A stretch of DNA of 55,956 nt, counting the filler, from Sluysia triapertura (Eukaryota), in NCBI GenBank assembly GCA_046118255.1. It is 4 parts of 4 records of this genome, joined end to end, with 100 filler letters (N's around TTAATTAATTAA, not from the genome) between each part and the next. Parts side by side here need not be neighbours in the genome. Positions count along the whole stretch, not along the records: positions 42,860 to 55,956 come from JBJNIA010060206.1; 3 more parts are not named here. One strand, written 5' to 3'. The translations under genes were made by a program, and so were the position numbers. Position 1 is the first letter of the stretch. Each line of letters begins with the position of its first letter. Of this stretch, positions 52,090 through 55,956 are shown in pieces. Under the pieces are notes generated by a model. It saw nothing but the letters and a program-made list of their open reading frames with translations, was not told the DNA's origin and ran no database searches.

Positions 52090-52575
52090 CGACGTTTATA
52101 TAACAGAAGAAGAACGTTTATATTAATAATCAGATAAAGGTAAAACTCATCTAAATGTCTTTACAACCACTAAGTTAATCACAACTCTACACAACGCACA
52201 CTACATTTTTTGAAACAATGGAATCAGCGCTTCAAGAATGTACATAAATAAACTCAAAAAACATTTTTTAATATTAAATATTATTAAAATTTACTTCAAG
52301 CCTTAGATGAAAGTGGCGGAATAATCAGAAAAAAAGTAGGAAAATTCAGGGATTTTATACTGGCAGAGAAATGTAACATGCCTATTATTCTTAAAAATAA
52401 AGTTGATATTGTAAATAAAAATGAGTTTAAAGATGCAAAAAGAGTTTATAATAACTTTTTCTCAACTTTAAAAATTGATAGCTTAGTGTATGAGAGTGGT
52501 TTGTTAAGAAAAGACACAAAAACTTCATTATATCTGGCTATGGCACTACGAATTGCAAGTAAATTTGGAAAGGAT
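52090..52575 (+). mobile_element. Crypton-like (DUF3504 tyrosine-recombinase) remnant
   Basis: LLKFY..L.., NKVDIVNKNEFKDAKRVYNNFFSTLK, LVYESGLLRKDTKTSLYLAMALRIASKFG parallels the animal Crypton/ZMYM-type pattern 'DI..D.EF..SN.VF...LK...LY.SG.L...TP..L.....I...FG.R'; truncated near the adjacent Tc1. Confidence 0.55.
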
Positions 52576-52639
52576 ACTTTTAAAGCTAGCTTTTTTATCA
52601 TAAATGATCCTCATCACAAATTCACTTAGAAAATATTTA

Positions 52640-53245
52640 TTTTGAATCCTTTAGATGATGCCAATACTATTTATAACCATCAGGACCATCCAAATTAAAT
52701 TTATTCTCATCTATGAATATTATCTTGGTCCAGTCAGTGTGGTTATTAATATGATTTTCGGCAAAGTTAATTCTTGCTATTTTATGAAAATCAGTAAATG
52801 GAAGTTTAGCAAGCATTTTAATGAATTCGACCTCAGCACTGTTTTTAATATTCTCCATACTGTTGTTTTACTGCAGTTTAGCTCTAAATCTGACATTATG
52901 CGAATTGTAGACAATGTTGTATTTTTCGTATACCTTATTAAACTCTTTTTCTGCCAATTAGAAAGTGCCTTAGGACGGCACATTTGTTTCAATTGCTTTT
53001 TATTACTATTATCCAAATAATTGGATATCGCATGTCTTGATCTGTTTAACTTTTTGGCAATGCTTACATTACTTTCCACTTTTTTAGAATATGCATCAAT
53101 CTTTCCTTTTTCGTATTCACTAAATTTAAATCCACGCGCCTTTATAAAGTAAATATTAAAACAATATAAATATAATGGAGAGAAGTCCTAATATAATATA
53201 ATGATATACTTACAAAAATGTCTTATACTTTTGAAACGAAATTTA
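52640..53245 (-). mobile_element. Tc1-family (Tc3-like) transposon, truncated
   Basis: ARGFKFSEYEKGKIDAY..IAKKLNRSRHAISNYL..CRPKALS..CSKTTVWRILK / [25 protein letters not shown]; TIR-like 'caaaagtataagaca' near 53220-53240. Confidence 0.9.
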
Positions 53246-53590
53246 TTTAACTAATTCAATATAGTGTTATTAAAAGTGTACTAAAATTGAAACTATAAAT
53301 AAGTAATAGTGTTTATTCGTGTTTTATTTATTAAATAATATTGTTAATTTGTTATAATATAAATTGTGTTTGTATATACAGCAAAAATAGGGACGGTATC
53401 CTATACCTTAATACTCACTCTCATCCAATAAACCAAATTCACGCTAACCAATCAGAAAGCTCTAAACCAATCCACAATGAAAATCTTCCACTTACATATT
53501 TTGTAATTGCAATTGTTATTCGAGTCATGCGAAAAAAGAACTATTACTTTGCTATTATTATTAATTTATTATTATATTTATTTCATTTAG

Positions 53591-53785
53591 AAAAATCAAT
53601 ATTTAAAAAACTTGGATGCTTCTTGGAACGGATTTGCAGAAGAAGGTTGTTTAGGCATGGAATTATGCTTAAGTAAAAACAAAACATTAGTGGAATTAAA
53701 TCTGAAAAGTAATCGAATCAATTTTGAGGCCGTTTATCGATTAGGTCGTGGATTACGCAAAAATTCAACATTACAAATACTAAAA
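53591..53785 (+). CDS. LRRC74: LRRC74-like RNI-type LRR exon
   Basis: atttag|KNQYLKNLDASWNGFAEEGCLGMELCLSKNKTLVELNLKSNRINFEAVYRLGRGLRKNSTLQILK|gtaggt. Confidence 0.8.
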
Positions 53786-53989
53786 GTAGGTTTATTATTT
53801 AACCAATTATTATTTACTTACAATAGAGAGTAAAACAAAACGTAAATAATTTTATTAGTATATCATTATTTATCGGATAAATATATTTTAAATGAATCTT
53901 AAAATAATTGCATGACATCGGTGATCCTAATTTTCATCCAATAAAAATTGACTAATTTTTAATTGGCTAAGTTAAATATTTTTATTTAG

Positions 53990-54082
53990 ATTGGATTAAA
54001 TAATGTCACTTTAGCGGGAGTTTTAGATTTAATTGATGCTGCTAATTCGGTTAAGTCTTCTTTGGTACTGATTGATTTAGAG
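53990..54082 (+). CDS. LRRC74: LRRC74-like exon
   Basis: atttag|IGLNNVTLAGVLDLIDAANSVKSSLVLIDLE|gttatt, phase 0 both sides. Confidence 0.78.
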
Positions 54083-54810
54083 GTTATTGTTATTTGAGTA
54101 CAAATATTTAAAATCAATATATATTATAACTTGTACAACTTGTGGAGAGCTTGCAAACGTTTTATGGCCACAAACATAAATGTACAAGTGTAAAAACGTG
54201 AAAAAAATGGCTACAAATAAATTGTTTTCACAAAAATTCTACTTTATTTATTAATGTGTTATGTATATTTCCACAACTAATAATTTATTGATGAGACAGA
54301 TGTTGCAGATAAATCCGTTATCTCTGACACGAAATGGAATCTAAGTAATAAACAGCCTTTGCAAATTTACAGAAAATTGTGTCCAGGTTTTAGTATTTTT
54401 ATACTTTCATCTATTTGTGAGGTTCATGATTTGTTTTTTTGCTTAAATAAGAAAAAGAATATCGAGTACTGTTGCACTCTCATTTCCAACCGCACGAGTA
54501 TACTTGTGTTGGATTTTTATACATAAATATTATTTATTATTATTATTATTATTTATTACAAAGTATGTGTATTTATCTTAAAATATTTATCACATCTTTT
54601 TATTAAGATTTCTAGCATTGTTTTCAAATAGAGAAATTTTACTAAAATAAATTGTTGTTGTTACTACTTTTATTTATTTATTTATTTTAATTTAATTTAA
54701 TTAATTATTTCGCTTAATATTGTAATTACTATTATTTAACATTTATTTGTTATTGACAATAGTAAGTAGATAAATAAAAAATAAATTATTATTATATGTT
54801 CTATATTTAG

Positions 54811-54925
54811 GGTCAATATGTACATTCTAAGGTGTTGTATTTGATAGAAAAAGTAAATCGTATTCGTCATTTTGAAGTTATTTATGATAAAGTGTTAGAT
54901 TTAGACGATGAAATTTATAAAGCAG
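54811..54925 (+). CDS. LRRC74: LRRC74-like exon
   Basis: atttag|GQYVHSKVLYLIEKVNRIRHFEVIYDKVLDLDDEIYKA|gtaata; phase-compatible. Confidence 0.7.
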
Positions 54926-55077
54926 GTAATATGTTATTAATAATAATGTTTTGTTTAAGTAGAAATATGTTAGAAATTGCGTAACTTCCAATAACTTCCA
55001 AGTTATTAAACTTCATTGAATTGATGACTGAAGAAGCTTTTATTAATATATTTATCTCTAGATCTGTTACATTAGCA

Positions 55078-55258
55078 TTTATTTCGACTTTGTCAACCCT
55101 CATTTCTACTTTGTCAACCCTTATTTCAAATTCGTAAACCCTTATTTCGACTTTGTCAACCCTCATTTCGACTTTATCAACCCTCATTTCGACTTGGTCA
55201 ACCCTTATTTTGACTTTGTCAACCCTTATTTCAAATTCGTAAACCTTTATTTCGAATT
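55078..55258 (-). repeat. 21-bp minisatellite (~8.5 units) encoding heptad repeats EIRVDKV
   Basis: atttcgactttgtcaaccct(c/t) units with a variant atttcaaattcgtaaaccctt; lies within minus ORF 54915-55280. Confidence 0.9.
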
Positions 55259-55379
55259 TTTTAAAATTATATTTAATCACTATAATTTGAACAATATAAT
55301 AACTCTATTAAGATATAAAACTTAATCAATAATAACGTCACCTTCTCTATATCTTAACATATATACGATAGCATCATAT

Positions 55380-55810
55380 TCATGTAATATCCGATATTAA
55401 ATCGTGTTCTTTTTAATAGGGTCCATCAATTCTCTTTCATTATTCGGTGTTCTCCTTTTTAATAATTCTTTCCATTTTGAAAAAGCATTCTTAATGGAAG
55501 TACATAATCAAACTCAACATATAGCCATTAAGAACTATATGTTTTTCTTTAATGTTGCCGATCAAGTTATTAAGGAGTTAAAAGCAAAATCTTGGGATTT
55601 GTAATGCAGGATTTCAGATTGGGAAATTGCACATCATATCGATACATTTATCGACCTTATTTGTGGCACAGTGATAATCGCAGGCGAACCAAATGCGATC
55701 TTCCTCTGGATGTCCTCATTGAAACGTTGAACTCAGTCTCGTCGATAAATATAAGGTTCGAAGGAAGTATACTCAAAAACCTTCTTGCATAAGGCATTCT
55801 TCCAACAATA
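55380..55810 (-). mobile_element. IS630/Tc1-superfamily DD34E transposase remnant (Gambol-like)
   Basis: Minus strand: YARRFLSILPSNLIFIDETEFNVSMRTSRGRS / GSPAIITVPQIRSINVSI*CAIS..ILHYK..AFN / IKNAFSKWKELLKR. Confidence 0.82.
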
Positions 55811-55956
55811 ATCTCTCATTCTGGAATTAGTGACATAATGTAATGTAATTAGCAGTTTCAGTTGCAGCTTTACCAACTAAATCTCTCATTCTGGAATTAG
55901 TGACATAATGTAATGTAATTAGCAGTTTCAGTTGCAGCTTTACCAACTAAATCTCT
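55811..55956. repeat. Perfect 70-bp tandem duplication at window end
   Basis: 55811-55880 is identical to 55881-55950 and a third unit starts; satellite or assembly artefact. Confidence 0.9.

Noticed and set aside
55404-55792. Plus-strand ORFs 55404-55604 and 55592-55792
   Set aside because: Antisense shadows of the minus-strand IS630-like transposase relic.

Overview
Very AT-rich eukaryotic (metazoan, invertebrate-type) draft-assembly DNA with GT-AG introns, many (AAT)n microsatellites and three 100-nt scaffold gaps carrying an artificial TTAATTAATTAA linker. No prokaryotic operons or CRISPR arrays are present. Recognisable host genes: an intronless LRR-LRRCT-Ig-TM (Kekkon/LIG-like) gene split by one frameshift; a Shaw/Kv3-type K+ channel (S1-S6 exon plus C-terminal exons) with a charge-depleted S4 and a GFG filter; four exons of an ATAD2-like AAA+/bromodomain gene; three exons of an LRRC74-like gene; and an N/S/Q-rich terminal exon on the minus strand. 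Decayed genes include an ankyrin-repeat gene, a ZDHHC1/11 palmitoyltransferase and two orphan ORFs. Much of the rest is eroded mobile DNA: L2 LINEs, putative R4/Dong-like elements with (AAT)n tails, mariner, Tc1, rosa/maT-like and IS630-like transposases, hAT and piggyBac-type MITEs, solo-LTR-like repeats, a Crypton-like recombinase and a Polinton/Maverick-type protein-primed polymerase B remnant. The most unusual item is a five-copy tRNA-Ala-like repeat that keeps about 40 bp of shared upstream flank; one copy lacks its anticodon arm but retains the G3:U70 Ala identity pair, and another has a retroelement-like 3' end inserted after the A box. All family assignments come from manual translation and motif recall, not database searches.
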